DNA of 64,000 bases from Gemmatimonadaceae bacterium. Its GTDB lineage: Bacteria > Gemmatimonadota > Gemmatimonadetes > Gemmatimonadales > Gemmatimonadaceae. Both the position numbers and the translations under genes were made by a program. Shown piece by piece: positions 11,040 to 19,850 of this stretch. The DNA is taken from assembly GCA_045803545.1 (NCBI GenBank), contig JBJMOW010000004.1:544001-608000 (forward strand), given 5' to 3'. Under the pieces are notes generated by a model. That model worked only from the letters and a program-made list of their open reading frames with translations. It searched no databases and was not told the origin of the DNA. Within the stretch, counting starts at the first letter, position 1. Every line of letters begins with the position of its first letter.

Positions 11040-11339
11040 ATGCCCAAGTATCTGATCGAACGAGAGATCCCGAATGCGGGAGCGCTTTCGCCAGTGGAGT
11101 TGAAGGCGATTGCGGAGAAGTCGTGCGGCGTGTTGCAGCAGCTGGGGCCGAGTATTCAGTGGGTGCAGAGCTATGTGACGGAAGACAAGATCACCTGCAT
11201 ATATATCGCGCCGAACGCGGAGATCGTTCGCGAGCACGCGAAGCGTGGGGGCTTCCCGGCGGACCGTGTCCTGGAAGTAGCGACGATCATCGACCCGACG
11301 ACGGCGGAGACCAGTTTGCTGGCGGTGGCCGCGTCCTGA
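11040..11339 (+). CDS. DUF4242 protein (SCO4226 nickel-binding-like)
   Basis: MPKYLIER, IQWVQSYVTEDKITCIYIAP, HAKRGGFPAD. Confidence 0.88.
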   Translation: MPKYLIEREIPNAGALSPVELKAIAEKSCGVLQQLGPSIQWVQSYVTEDKITCIYIAPNAEIVREHAKRGGFPADRVLEVATIIDPTTAETSLLAVAAS

Positions 11340-11360
11340 GGATTCAAGTTTCGTTGTAGA

Positions 11361-11398
11361 GCAAGGCGTCCGACGACTCGCAGCGTCGGGCGCCTTGC
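11361..11398. terminator. GC-rich hairpin between convergent genes
   Basis: GCAAGGCGTCCGACG-loop-CGTCGGGCGCCTTGC. Confidence 0.6.
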
Positions 11399-11404
11399 AT
11401 CGGG

Positions 11405-11770
11405 TTACCCGTTCGGTTCCTGATAGAGCCCAACGATGTTGCCACCTGGGTCGCGGAATCGCGCGGTGATTTCGGGCGCGTCCGCGCCGATTTTCTGCAC
11501 TATCGTCGCGCCGTTCTGCTCGATTGTCTTGCAGGTGTCGGCGACGCTGTCGACCATGATATAGAAGAGCAGGCCGGGACTGTCCCACGGTTTCCTGTTG
11601 GTAACGAACGAACCGCTGACTTCACCGGTCGTATCGTCGAACGCCTGGGCCCCGTCGCCGCGGGTGCGGACGTTCCAGCCGAAGACTTTTGAGTAGAACG
11701 CCGCGGACTTCTTCACGTCCGAGGTCGGAAGCTCGATGTAGCAGATTTTTCCATTCTTGCTTGTTGGCAT
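11405..11770 (-). CDS. VOC/glyoxalase family protein
   Basis: GKICYIELP..SAAFYSKVFGW, FRDPGGNIVGLYQ; start at ATG 11770 after GGAG. Confidence 0.9.
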   Translation of the reverse strand: MPTSKNGKICYIELPTSDVKKSAAFYSKVFGWNVRTRGDGAQAFDDTTGEVSGSFVTNRKPWDSPGLLFYIMVDSVADTCKTIEQNGATIVQKIGADAPEITARFRDPGGNIVGLYQEPNG

Positions 11771-11799
11771 TGTAACTCCGCGAGATTTGACGGACGACG

Positions 11800-12150
11800 C
11801 TAAGCGCTGCCGGATGCCGGCACCACGCATTCCCAACGCGCGACGATCGAACATCCGCGCTTGAGCGTTGCGTCTTCAAAGATTACCACCATCGCACTAT
11901 TCTGCGCACGCTTGTAAACCGAGCGACGACTATCTGCAGCGATTGCGCGCCGTGCGACGGCTGCGACCTGCAACGCGTAACTGATCTGCTGTTCTTCCGA
12001 CCATCGAGCGGCGCCGAGGCTTCTGAAGATGATTCTGGTTCGCGCGCCAATTAACACTTCTGGCGCGCGATCGACGGCCAGGGCAGCGGCGATCTTGTTA
12101 GCGACGGACGCGTACCGAACGATGCCGATGCGGAGTCGTCTCATTCCCAT
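11800..12150 (-). CDS. Hypothetical protein
   Basis: 116-aa ORF that fills the gap, co-oriented with neighbours; no recognised motif. Confidence 0.55.
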   Translation of the reverse strand: MGMRRLRIGIVRYASVANKIAAALAVDRAPEVLIGARTRIIFRSLGAARWSEEQQISYALQVAAVARRAIAADSRRSVYKRAQNSAMVVIFEDATLKRGCSIVARWECVVPASGSA

Positions 12151-12260
12151 TTACACGCTCGAGCTGGGAGACGATTCAGGGATATCAGGATCCGAGGTGC
12201 TCCGCACACCACTGCGCAGTAATTCGTAATGTTGCTCATGCCGGTGGTCCTTACGTACGA

Positions 12261-12761
12261 TCAGCTGTTCCGTTTCGCGGGCGGTGGCAGCTCGACGAAG
12301 CCGGGCGCTTTGGGCACCTGCGCGAATACAGCGCGCAATTCGGTGGGCGGAGCGATCAACTTGCGAGCGCGCAAGTCCAGCCAACCGCCGGTGGAGCGAA
12401 CAACCGCAGCCCGCTCACCGCTCGCCGACCAGATCTCGTTCTCGACAGTGAAGCGCGAGCCGTCGGGACTCATCGCCAGGACGGCATAGGTCACGGTCAC
12501 CGTCTCATGTAATCCGACCTCGCGGAAATACTCGATCTCTTCCTTCTTCACGACCGGTCCAATCGCCAGTCGACGGAACTCACTCGGTGAAAAGCCGTGC
12601 TCGGCGAAGAACGCCATGCGCACATCCGCGGCGAGGTTGAGGTACGCTGTATTCCCCATGTGACCGTTGAAGTCCATGGTGCCCCAGCCGGCGAGAAACT
12701 CTTTCGCGTAGCGGCTCAGGTCGCGTGTCTTCACGACTTCATGATTTACAGTCGCTTGCAT
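12261..12761 (-). CDS. Acyl-CoA thioesterase (hotdog fold, 4HBT-like)
   Basis: WGTMDFNGHMGNTAYL, GPVVKKEEIEYFRE, WLDLRARKL; start uncertain. Confidence 0.85.
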   Translation of the reverse strand: MQATVNHEVVKTRDLSRYAKEFLAGWGTMDFNGHMGNTAYLNLAADVRMAFFAEHGFSPSEFRRLAIGPVVKKEEIEYFREVGLHETVTVTYAVLAMSPDGSRFTVENEIWSASGERAAVVRSTGGWLDLRARKLIAPPTELRAVFAQVPKAPGFVELPPPAKRNS

Positions 12762-12768
12762 TGGAATG

Positions 12769-14571
12769 TCAGCGGATAGGAATCGGCGCGCTGAGACCGG
12801 AGACACCATTCTCGTCAAAGCTCTCGATCGCAACCCAATACGATTGTCCAACGGTCAGTGCTCGCAACTCGAGAGTCGTCCCCTGATCGGCGAAGCGCTG
12901 ATAGGTCTCATACAACTTGGTCGGCGAAATTCCCCAACGCACGTTGTAACCAACGACGTTAGGCACCGATTGCCAGGTGATGGTTGCGTTTCGCTCGTCT
13001 CGATCACGCGTTGCGGAGAGTCCCATCGGAGTTGCGGGCGGCGGGCCGTCTCCGTTTCCAAATACACGGATGTCGCTGATGGCGAGGTTCGCGGCGCCGA
13101 CGTGGCCGTGCTCGTAACGAACGTAGCGCGCGCGTGTCGGAGTCGTGAGCTCGAGGTATGCGTTCGGTCGATCGCGACGAGGTGAGCCGGGAACTTCGGC
13201 GATCGTCGTCCAGGTTTTGGAGTCGAGCGAGCTGCTCAAGCGAAACGTCGTGTACACGGTTGAGTCGGTTCCGTAGAGCCCGGACTTGTAGTCAGCGTAA
13301 TTCACTTGCACAGCTTTAACCGTGTATGGTTGGCCAAGATCGAGGATGAGCGTTTCCCGCGGGCGGTTCTGTGCTGCAACCCAGAACGTGCGTGGGTTTT
13401 CGTCGGTGATGTTTCGCGCCGGAAAGGTGTCGCGCGTTGAGGATGCCGTTACGGCCCTGTGATAGGAGAGCAACATCCACCCCGTGAACGTCTCGTCGGT
13501 TGCACGTCTCGTTTTCGTCGGCAGCCAGTGCGGAAAGTCTCCGAAGCGGGTGTCCACGTACTGCTGACCATCCTTGTCGAATCCGGCGGGATGGAGTCCG
13601 ATGCGGCGCTCGAAGTTCCAGTTGACTGCGATCCACGGGGTGCCGGTGTTCCACCAGTTGCCATAGACATCCTGAAAGGTGTTGCCATGTCCCGCGCCCT
13701 GGACGAATCCACCTGGTTTGTAAGCGACTGGATTGTACGGCGCGTAGGTGAACGGTCCAAGTGGATTATCGCTGACGTACACTCCGGTGGAATAGACGTT
13801 GTACTCGGTTCCGGGCGCGCCGTACTGCAGATAGTAGCGTCCGTTGTACTTGTTCATCCACGAGCCTTCGATAAACGGCTTGACCGTCGAGTCGCGATGA
13901 TCCTGACCGAATCGCTCCCAGCCGTGGTGTATGGGATCGAGACCAAACAGCCAACGCGGCGTTCCCTTGTAGGCGAGTTGCCTGGTTTTATCGAGCTCGA
14001 TGACGTTTAGCGGATAGACGTTCGATGAGTTCCAATAGAGGAACCAGCGGTCAGTATCGGGATCGTGGAAAAACTGAGGATCCCAGGGGCCCGGCTGCAC
14101 CGAATCCGGTTTCGCGAATGCATCCCGCGGCTCGTACGAGCGCGCCATCGGCAGCCACGGCAACAATCGATTGTAGAACTCGACGTGTCCACTCGCCGGA
14201 TCGGTCAGCATCATGATCGGCAGCGGACTCGTCGCACTCGGCAACACATAAATCGTATCGCGCACTGAGAGTACCGCCGGTGCGACGACGTCATTGAGCG
14301 GCCAGCGCGACGGCGTGATGTGATACCAGGTCCCGAGATCCTTCGAGCGCCAGTAACCATCGCCGATGGTCTCGAACAGGTAGTATTGCCCGCCCTGCAC
14401 GACGATTACCGGATCGGCGCCGCTACGATACGAGATGCCTTCGTTGTGCTGCTCGAAGTTGTACCGATAGTCGATGTCGATCGGATTGGCATACGTGCGC
14501 GGCGGGGTTTGACCGTTAAGTGCGCTCAACGCTATCGATGTGACCGGTGCCAGCAGCGCCAAAACGCGCAT
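12769..14571 (-). CDS. Secreted GH43 glycoside hydrolase with F5/8-type C and FN3 domains
   Basis: Signal peptide; GADP, PWDP, FIEGSW, GAGHG; DENPRTFW discoidin segment; C-terminal FN3. Confidence 0.85.
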   Translation of the reverse strand: MRVLALLAPVTSIALSALNGQTPPRTYANPIDIDYRYNFEQHNEGISYRSGADPVIVVQGGQYYLFETIGDGYWRSKDLGTWYHITPSRWPLNDVVAPAVLSVRDTIYVLPSATSPLPIMMLTDPASGHVEFYNRLLPWLPMARSYEPRDAFAKPDSVQPGPWDPQFFHDPDTDRWFLYWNSSNVYPLNVIELDKTRQLAYKGTPRWLFGLDPIHHGWERFGQDHRDSTVKPFIEGSWMNKYNGRYYLQYGAPGTEYNVYSTGVYVSDNPLGPFTYAPYNPVAYKPGGFVQGAGHGNTFQDVYGNWWNTGTPWIAVNWNFERRIGLHPAGFDKDGQQYVDTRFGDFPHWLPTKTRRATDETFTGWMLLSYHRAVTASSTRDTFPARNITDENPRTFWVAAQNRPRETLILDLGQPYTVKAVQVNYADYKSGLYGTDSTVYTTFRLSSSLDSKTWTTIAEVPGSPRRDRPNAYLELTTPTRARYVRYEHGHVGAANLAISDIRVFGNGDGPPPATPMGLSATRDRDERNATITWQSVPNVVGYNVRWGISPTKLYETYQRFADQGTTLELRALTVGQSYWVAIESFDENGVSGLSAPIPIR

Positions 14572-15113
14572 CAGCGGAGCGTCATCCGAAACTGATTGGA
14601 AATCGCCTCGACGGTTCGCGCGTCCTGCCGATTAGTGAGGTTCGCTGCGTTGCGAAAGCCCGCCCCTTCGCGTAGAACCCAATGAAGGCGATATATGCCG
14701 TTGATGGAATCAACTTCAAGCTGAGGAAATGTAGTCGAGCCCTTGGGAGCGGCCATGAAGCGCACTTCGTTGCGATAAGTTGCTCCGCTAGCAAGCGAAA
14801 AATCTGGCAGACTGAGGCAGGCCAGATATACCGGGTGATACGCCGCCGTCCAGCTGCCATGCACGAGTTTTTCGAGTTCTGGCATTGGAGGGCCTCCGCA
14901 ACCAGATAGCGAAACCGGACCGCGAGTGGTATTGGTGAATACGAAGCCGATTGTGGCGAGGTAGTACGGGCCAAGATGGACTCCGATTTCAGTCGAATCC
15001 GTGCGAAGCTCCGCATGGAGGGGAGCACGCGAACGCTGAAGCGTGCGACAGGTGGCCAGCAAGAGCGCCAGTATTACCACAAGCACGACAGGCGAGCGTC
15101 GAATCGCTGACAC
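14571..15113 (-). CDS. Hypothetical exported/lipoprotein with Ig-like fold
   Basis: GTG 15113, hydrophobic leader ending LATC, FTNTT..C..C, GIYRLHW. Confidence 0.55.
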   Translation of the reverse strand: MSAIRRSPVVLVVILALLLATCRTLQRSRAPLHAELRTDSTEIGVHLGPYYLATIGFVFTNTTRGPVSLSGCGGPPMPELEKLVHGSWTAAYHPVYLACLSLPDFSLASGATYRNEVRFMAAPKGSTTFPQLEVDSINGIYRLHWVLREGAGFRNAANLTNRQDARTVEAISNQFRMTLR

Positions 15114-15115
15114 TC

Positions 15116-15802
15116 TCAACTGATTCTCCTGGCGCGATCGGCGCTTGCCAACGCATTGATGTCCCAGTTTTCGAGAACGCGCTTCTCGTAGCCGACATCG
15201 GCCACCGCGAGCATTGCGTGCGCGACATTCTCGGACGTAGTCATGTGCTTCGGCGCCAGCCGGCTGAGAACCGGATAGAGCGGATTCAGAATCGCATAGG
15301 TTAAGCGATACCAACGGGTTTTGGAGCGCGCACCCGGACGCGGCCGGATGAAGCCAGGGCGGAACATGTAGGCGTCGAGCGGCAGCGCGAGCAGCGCATT
15401 CTCGGTCTTGCCCTTCACGCGCGCCCACATCCGTTTTCCACGTTCGCTGCTGTCCGTTCCCTCACCGGTCACGTAGCAGAAAGTTGCGTTCGGATGCGCC
15501 GCGGCCACAGCAGTCGCCGCCGACATCGTTAGCTCGTAGGTCTGGTGGTGGTAGTCCCGTTCCGACATTCCCACGGAGGAAACCCCCAGGCAGAAAAAAC
15601 AGGCGTCGACTTCTTCGAGCTCGCGCGAAAGGTCCCTGTAATCGAAGAAGTCCTTGCGGCGAATCTCACGGAGCTTCGCGTGAGTTATCGACAGCGCTGA
15701 TCGCGTAACTGCCAGCACGCTCGCGATCCGGGAATCTTCCAAGCATTCATGGAGAACCCCGTCACCAACCATTCCCGTTGCGCCGAACAAAAGTACTTTC
15801 AT
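15116..15802 (-). CDS. NAD(P)-binding epimerase/oxidoreductase
   Basis: GATGMVG Rossmann motif, DACFFCLGVSS, WARVKGKTEN. Confidence 0.9.
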   Translation of the reverse strand: MKVLLFGATGMVGDGVLHECLEDSRIASVLAVTRSALSITHAKLREIRRKDFFDYRDLSRELEEVDACFFCLGVSSVGMSERDYHHQTYELTMSAATAVAAAHPNATFCYVTGEGTDSSERGKRMWARVKGKTENALLALPLDAYMFRPGFIRPRPGARSKTRWYRLTYAILNPLYPVLSRLAPKHMTTSENVAHAMLAVADVGYEKRVLENWDINALASADRARRIS

Positions 15803-15837
15803 AGAGACACAGCCAAAAATGCGCTAGCTTTTCTCCC

Positions 15838-17028
15838 ATGGCGAGCAATCAGAAAACGATCGCAATCCTCACCGGCGGCGGCGACGTCCCCGGACTGAAC
15901 CCGGCGATCAGAGCAATCACCATTCGCGCCCTGCGCGAAGGATATCGAGTTGTTGGAATTCGGCGCGGCTGGGCTGGACTCGTCGACTACAGTCGCGACA
16001 AAGGAGCCGACAACGCCGACAATGTCCAGGAGCTGTCGGAAGCGATCGTAAATCGTGCGGGCCGCACGGGTGGCACGTTCCTCCACACGTCGCGCACGCG
16101 TCCAAGTCATCTCCCGCTCGGCAGAGTGCCGAAGCACATGACCGGCTACGACCAGAAGACCAACGACGTTACCAAGGACGTCCTGACGAATCTCGAGCAC
16201 ATCGGTGTCGACGTGCTCGTTCCGATCGGGGGGGATGATACGCTGAGCTATGGGAAGCGACTTCACGATGAAGGAATGCACGTCGTCGCCATTCCGAAGA
16301 CGATGGATAACGACGTCTACGGCACCGACTACTGCATCGGGTTCAGCACGTGCGTCACGCGCACCATCGAGCTGACCCATCGCCTGCGCACGTCGGCCGG
16401 ATCGCACGAGCGTTTTCTGGTGATCGAAGTATTCGGGAGATACGCCGGCTTTACTGCGCTGTTGCCGACGATGGCGGGAGCGGCGGATCGCTGTCTTATT
16501 CCGGAGTACGCTGCCGACGTCGAAGCGCTGACCGAGCTAATGGTCTACGACCACAACCGGAATCCGAGCAAGTACTCGGTGGTACTTGTGTCAGAGGGTG
16601 CAGGACTCAAGGCGCAGGAAGGAATGAGCTTCGAGGGCGAGGAGGTTGACATGTTCGGCCATCGCAAGCTCGGCGGCATCGGTGACAAAGTCGCGGCCGC
16701 GCTCAAGGAGTACTCGCCGAAGTACAACAACGGCCGACGCATCGACGTCGTCAATCAGCGGCTCGGATACCTCGTTCGCTCGGGCGATCCCGACGCGCTC
16801 GACTCGATCGTGCCGATGGCCTTCGGCAATCTTGCGCTCGACCTGATTCTCAAGAAGGAGTATGGACGGCTGGTGAGCGTACACAAGGGATTCTACGATA
16901 GTGTGCCGATCACCAGCGTCACGTCCGAGAAAAAAGTCGTCGACGTCAAGAAATACTACAATGTCGATCGACTACGTCCGATCTACGAGTTCGATGGCGC
17001 GCCGCTGTTCATCATGACCAGTGACTGA
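15838..17028 (+). CDS. pfkA: 6-phosphofructokinase, PfkA family (PPi-type signature)
   Basis: TGGGDVPGLN, GGTFLHTSR, GGDDT, PKTMDND, GFST, LGYLVRSG. Confidence 0.92.
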   Translation: MASNQKTIAILTGGGDVPGLNPAIRAITIRALREGYRVVGIRRGWAGLVDYSRDKGADNADNVQELSEAIVNRAGRTGGTFLHTSRTRPSHLPLGRVPKHMTGYDQKTNDVTKDVLTNLEHIGVDVLVPIGGDDTLSYGKRLHDEGMHVVAIPKTMDNDVYGTDYCIGFSTCVTRTIELTHRLRTSAGSHERFLVIEVFGRYAGFTALLPTMAGAADRCLIPEYAADVEALTELMVYDHNRNPSKYSVVLVSEGAGLKAQEGMSFEGEEVDMFGHRKLGGIGDKVAAALKEYSPKYNNGRRIDVVNQRLGYLVRSGDPDALDSIVPMAFGNLALDLILKKEYGRLVSVHKGFYDSVPITSVTSEKKVVDVKKYYNVDRLRPIYEFDGAPLFIMTSD

Positions 17029-17068
17029 CAGAGCGCCGAGACGCGTGGAGCTAGCTCCACGCGCTCTG
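17029..17068. terminator. Palindromic hairpin between convergent genes
   Basis: Perfect 22-bp palindrome CGCGTGGAGCTAGCTCCACGCG (17042-17063); outer CAGAGCGC/GCGCTCTG. Confidence 0.55.
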
Positions 17069-17080
17069 GCTTTGCCTCTG

Positions 17081-18298
17081 TTACATGGAAGCATTATTGA
17101 GCGTGGTGATTTGTTGACGGAGATTGTACCACGCGTTCTGCAGCGTCGTCGACGGTCGAGCATTCTGAACCGCGGAATCGACGCGCCGCGCAGCCTCGGC
17201 TAGCGATCTTCCCGCGAGAACAGCCGCGTCGGAGTTTGCGCCGTTGTTTACGATCTGTTCGTAAATGCCGGCGTTATCCGCGAATGCTGACGCGGCAAAC
17301 CACAGATCGACGTCGCCCTGCGAGTACGCGCGTGAAGAGTTGAGGCGACCGACGCCGCTCGTCGAGAGCGTGAGTTCGTTGCGCACTCGCGCGACGAAGT
17401 TCTGAGCATCACGCCGAACTGCTGCCGCCTGTGCGGTTGTAAGAACCGCGCCCGACAATGTTCCGCTGTCTGCGCCGGTCAGGTTGATTCCCAGTACGCG
17501 TGCGGTGCGGCCATCGAGATTGCCGGTGGCGTTTAAACCGCGATCGACCTGGAACTGGAACAACGCGTTGCGTGTGGCGTCGTCCATTTGGCCGTTCAGC
17601 GAGCCTCTGTAGTATCCTTGCTGCGACAGCGCGCGTTGTGCTGCCGACACGCGCTCAGGCGCGGTGTAAATTGTCGATGCTGCGACGCCGGTCATCCGAG
17701 ACCCTCCCCTCAGCGTCACCGCATTCTCGAGCTCGACCGCTAACTGCGTTCCACTCGGCACATTCACGTCGCGCCCTTCGGAGAGAAGATTGCCAAGGGC
17801 AGCGAAGATGTTGTTGGTATTCTGAGATGAGCCAGCCGACGCGATCGCCGCGCCGATTCCTCCGCGCCCGCCAACCAAAACGACGTGACCGTTCGGATCC
17901 GTGTTGATCTGACGGCGCTCCGCTGAATCGGTGCTGGTAAGTTTGCCACGAATGGCGTAGCTCGATCCGTTGGGAAGAGTCAAGCGATTGAAAACGATGT
18001 CGACGACACCGGACTGCTGGCGAGTGGCCGGAGTAACCATGGTGACGAGGCCGCGGAGTTTGCTGCCACTTGGAATTACAGTGTATTCGTCGACGCCGAT
18101 GCTCTCTTCGACGTTCGTATCAAAAGTCTGCCCCGTTTTCACCGTCGACGATTGCAGTGGCGTCGTGGTGCGAACGAAAATCACTGTGCCCGCCGGCAGA
18201 ACGCGCGATTGGGCGACGGCGGCAGTCGAAGCTGCCATGACTGCGATGGCGGCGGCCCATGTCGCTTGTCGCCATTGTGGTAGTAATGTTTTTTGCAT
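17081..18298 (-). CDS. Secreted protein with VirB10/TrbI-like beta domain and peptidoglycan-binding domain
   Basis: Signal peptide; LPAGT..IPSGSKLRG..F..L.LPNG..VPSGTQL; AQRALSQQGYY.G.LNG..T..A..FQ...GL.ATG.LD (PG_binding_1). Confidence 0.75.
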   Translation of the reverse strand: MQKTLLPQWRQATWAAAIAVMAASTAAVAQSRVLPAGTVIFVRTTTPLQSSTVKTGQTFDTNVEESIGVDEYTVIPSGSKLRGLVTMVTPATRQQSGVVDIVFNRLTLPNGSSYAIRGKLTSTDSAERRQINTDPNGHVVLVGGRGGIGAAIASAGSSQNTNNIFAALGNLLSEGRDVNVPSGTQLAVELENAVTLRGGSRMTGVAASTIYTAPERVSAAQRALSQQGYYRGSLNGQMDDATRNALFQFQVDRGLNATGNLDGRTARVLGINLTGADSGTLSGAVLTTAQAAAVRRDAQNFVARVRNELTLSTSGVGRLNSSRAYSQGDVDLWFAASAFADNAGIYEQIVNNGANSDAAVLAGRSLAEAARRVDSAVQNARPSTTLQNAWYNLRQQITTLNNASM

Positions 18299-18446
18299 CG
18301 ATCCTCCAGATGAGCTTGCAGGGTTAGCAAGGTTTAGAGGTCAAGACGCGTACCTAAAATCCAATTGTTTTTGCGACGATAAATGACGCGTCGCGCAGTT
18401 ATGGGCGTTGTCGTCGCCCTAGCGACATCATCGCGATATTTCAGAC

Positions 18447-19313
18447 ATGATCGTCCACCTGATCGACGGTACCTACGAGCTGTTCCGCCACTTCTACGGC
18501 CAGCGTAGCTGGAATAAGGGGAAGGACAAACCTTACGGCGCAGTCGCCGGCGTGCTGCATTCCGTTCTCGAGATGATCGAGACCGGCGCGACACACGTCG
18601 GCGTCGCGACCGATCACGTCATCGAGTCGTTCCGCAACGACCTCTGGCCTGATTACAAAACCGGCGAGGGGATCGAGCCCAGTCTTTGGAAGCAGTTCCA
18701 GCCACTCGAGGATGCGCTGGTGGCAATGGGCGTCGCGACCTGGCCAATGGTGGAGCTCGAGGCGGACGATGGCCTCGCGTCAGCGGCGCAGCTCGCTTCC
18801 GAGGATGAGCGCGTCGAGAAAGTCTGCATCTGGGCCAACGACAAGGATCTCGCGCAGTGCGTACGCGGTGATCGCGTGGTCCAGATAATCCGCAAAGGAA
18901 TGCAGATCAGGAACGCTGAAGGTGTCCGCGCCAAATTCGGCGTGCCGCCGGAGCTGGTTGCCGACTATCTCGCCCTGGTCGGTGACGCGCAGGACGGCTA
19001 CCCGGGCGTTCGCGGGATTGGTGCCAGCACCGCGGCGTCGCTGCTCAACAAGTACGGTCCTATCGAGTCGTTCCCCGAAACCATACTCGGCGAAAATCGC
19101 GACAACGCGCTGCTGTTCAAGAATCTGGCGACATTGCGAACCAATGCCCCGCTGTTCACCGATATCGATCAGCTCGAGTGGAAGGGCGCAACGCCCGCTT
19201 TTGCTGAATGGCCCCAGCGGATGGACGACAAACGGATCGAGGCCAGAGCGGCGAACGCACGCGCCAAGGCATCGAAGAAATCGTCCGACGACCCTCAGTC
19301 AATATCGTTCTGA
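18447..19313 (+). CDS. Stand-alone 5'-3' exonuclease / flap endonuclease
   Basis: LIDGT..FR, FRNDLWPDYK, EADD, DKD, ALVGDAQDGYPGVRGIG (H3TH). Confidence 0.92.
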   Translation: MIVHLIDGTYELFRHFYGQRSWNKGKDKPYGAVAGVLHSVLEMIETGATHVGVATDHVIESFRNDLWPDYKTGEGIEPSLWKQFQPLEDALVAMGVATWPMVELEADDGLASAAQLASEDERVEKVCIWANDKDLAQCVRGDRVVQIIRKGMQIRNAEGVRAKFGVPPELVADYLALVGDAQDGYPGVRGIGASTAASLLNKYGPIESFPETILGENRDNALLFKNLATLRTNAPLFTDIDQLEWKGATPAFAEWPQRMDDKRIEARAANARAKASKKSSDDPQSISF

Positions 19314-19318
19314 GACCG

Positions 19319-19846
19319 ATGCCCGGTGACTCTCCGTTACGCTGGACTCCCGGTCGACCCAACGCAATGGTTGTCGCCTGCTCCGATGGCCGGCTGCAAG
19401 AAGCCACCGACGTTTTCCTCAGTCGCAAATTCAGAATCAATCGCTACGACCGCTTCTACGTTCCGGGCGGAGCAGGTGCACTTGCCTCGAGCGGAACGGA
19501 CCCGTTGCGAGCGCAGCAGATGTGCGGGGAATGCAAGTACCTGGTGGATCTCCATGCCGTGCGACGCGTAATCCTGCTCTTTCACGGGCCATCTGCCGAA
19601 GGACGCATCGAGGCGGCATGCGCGGATTATCGGCGCAAGCTCCCGTGGGCAAACATCGAGCAGCTGCGTGCGCAACAGGAGGCAGATGCGGTGGATCTGC
19701 TCAATCGCCGTCGAGAATTCGCCAGTGACGCAGGTGTCTTGCTGTTCCGCTGCGAAGTAGATGCAGCCGGCCGAATCTCTTTTGTCAATCTCGACCCCGA
19801 TTCGAAACTCGGCTCGGAAAAAACGTTCCGGGGCGTGGTGAACTGA
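19319..19846 (+). CDS. Putative beta-carbonic-anhydrase-like protein
   Basis: VACSDGR, VPGG, LH..VILLFH...CADY; start ATG 19319. Confidence 0.6.
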   Translation: MPGDSPLRWTPGRPNAMVVACSDGRLQEATDVFLSRKFRINRYDRFYVPGGAGALASSGTDPLRAQQMCGECKYLVDLHAVRRVILLFHGPSAEGRIEAACADYRRKLPWANIEQLRAQQEADAVDLLNRRREFASDAGVLLFRCEVDAAGRISFVNLDPDSKLGSEKTFRGVVN

Positions 19847-19850
19847 CGAA

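Noticed and set aside
18341..18357. Sigma54-like GGTACG-N4-TTGA upstream of the PG-binding gene
   Set aside because: Lacks the conserved -12 GC; too weak to support
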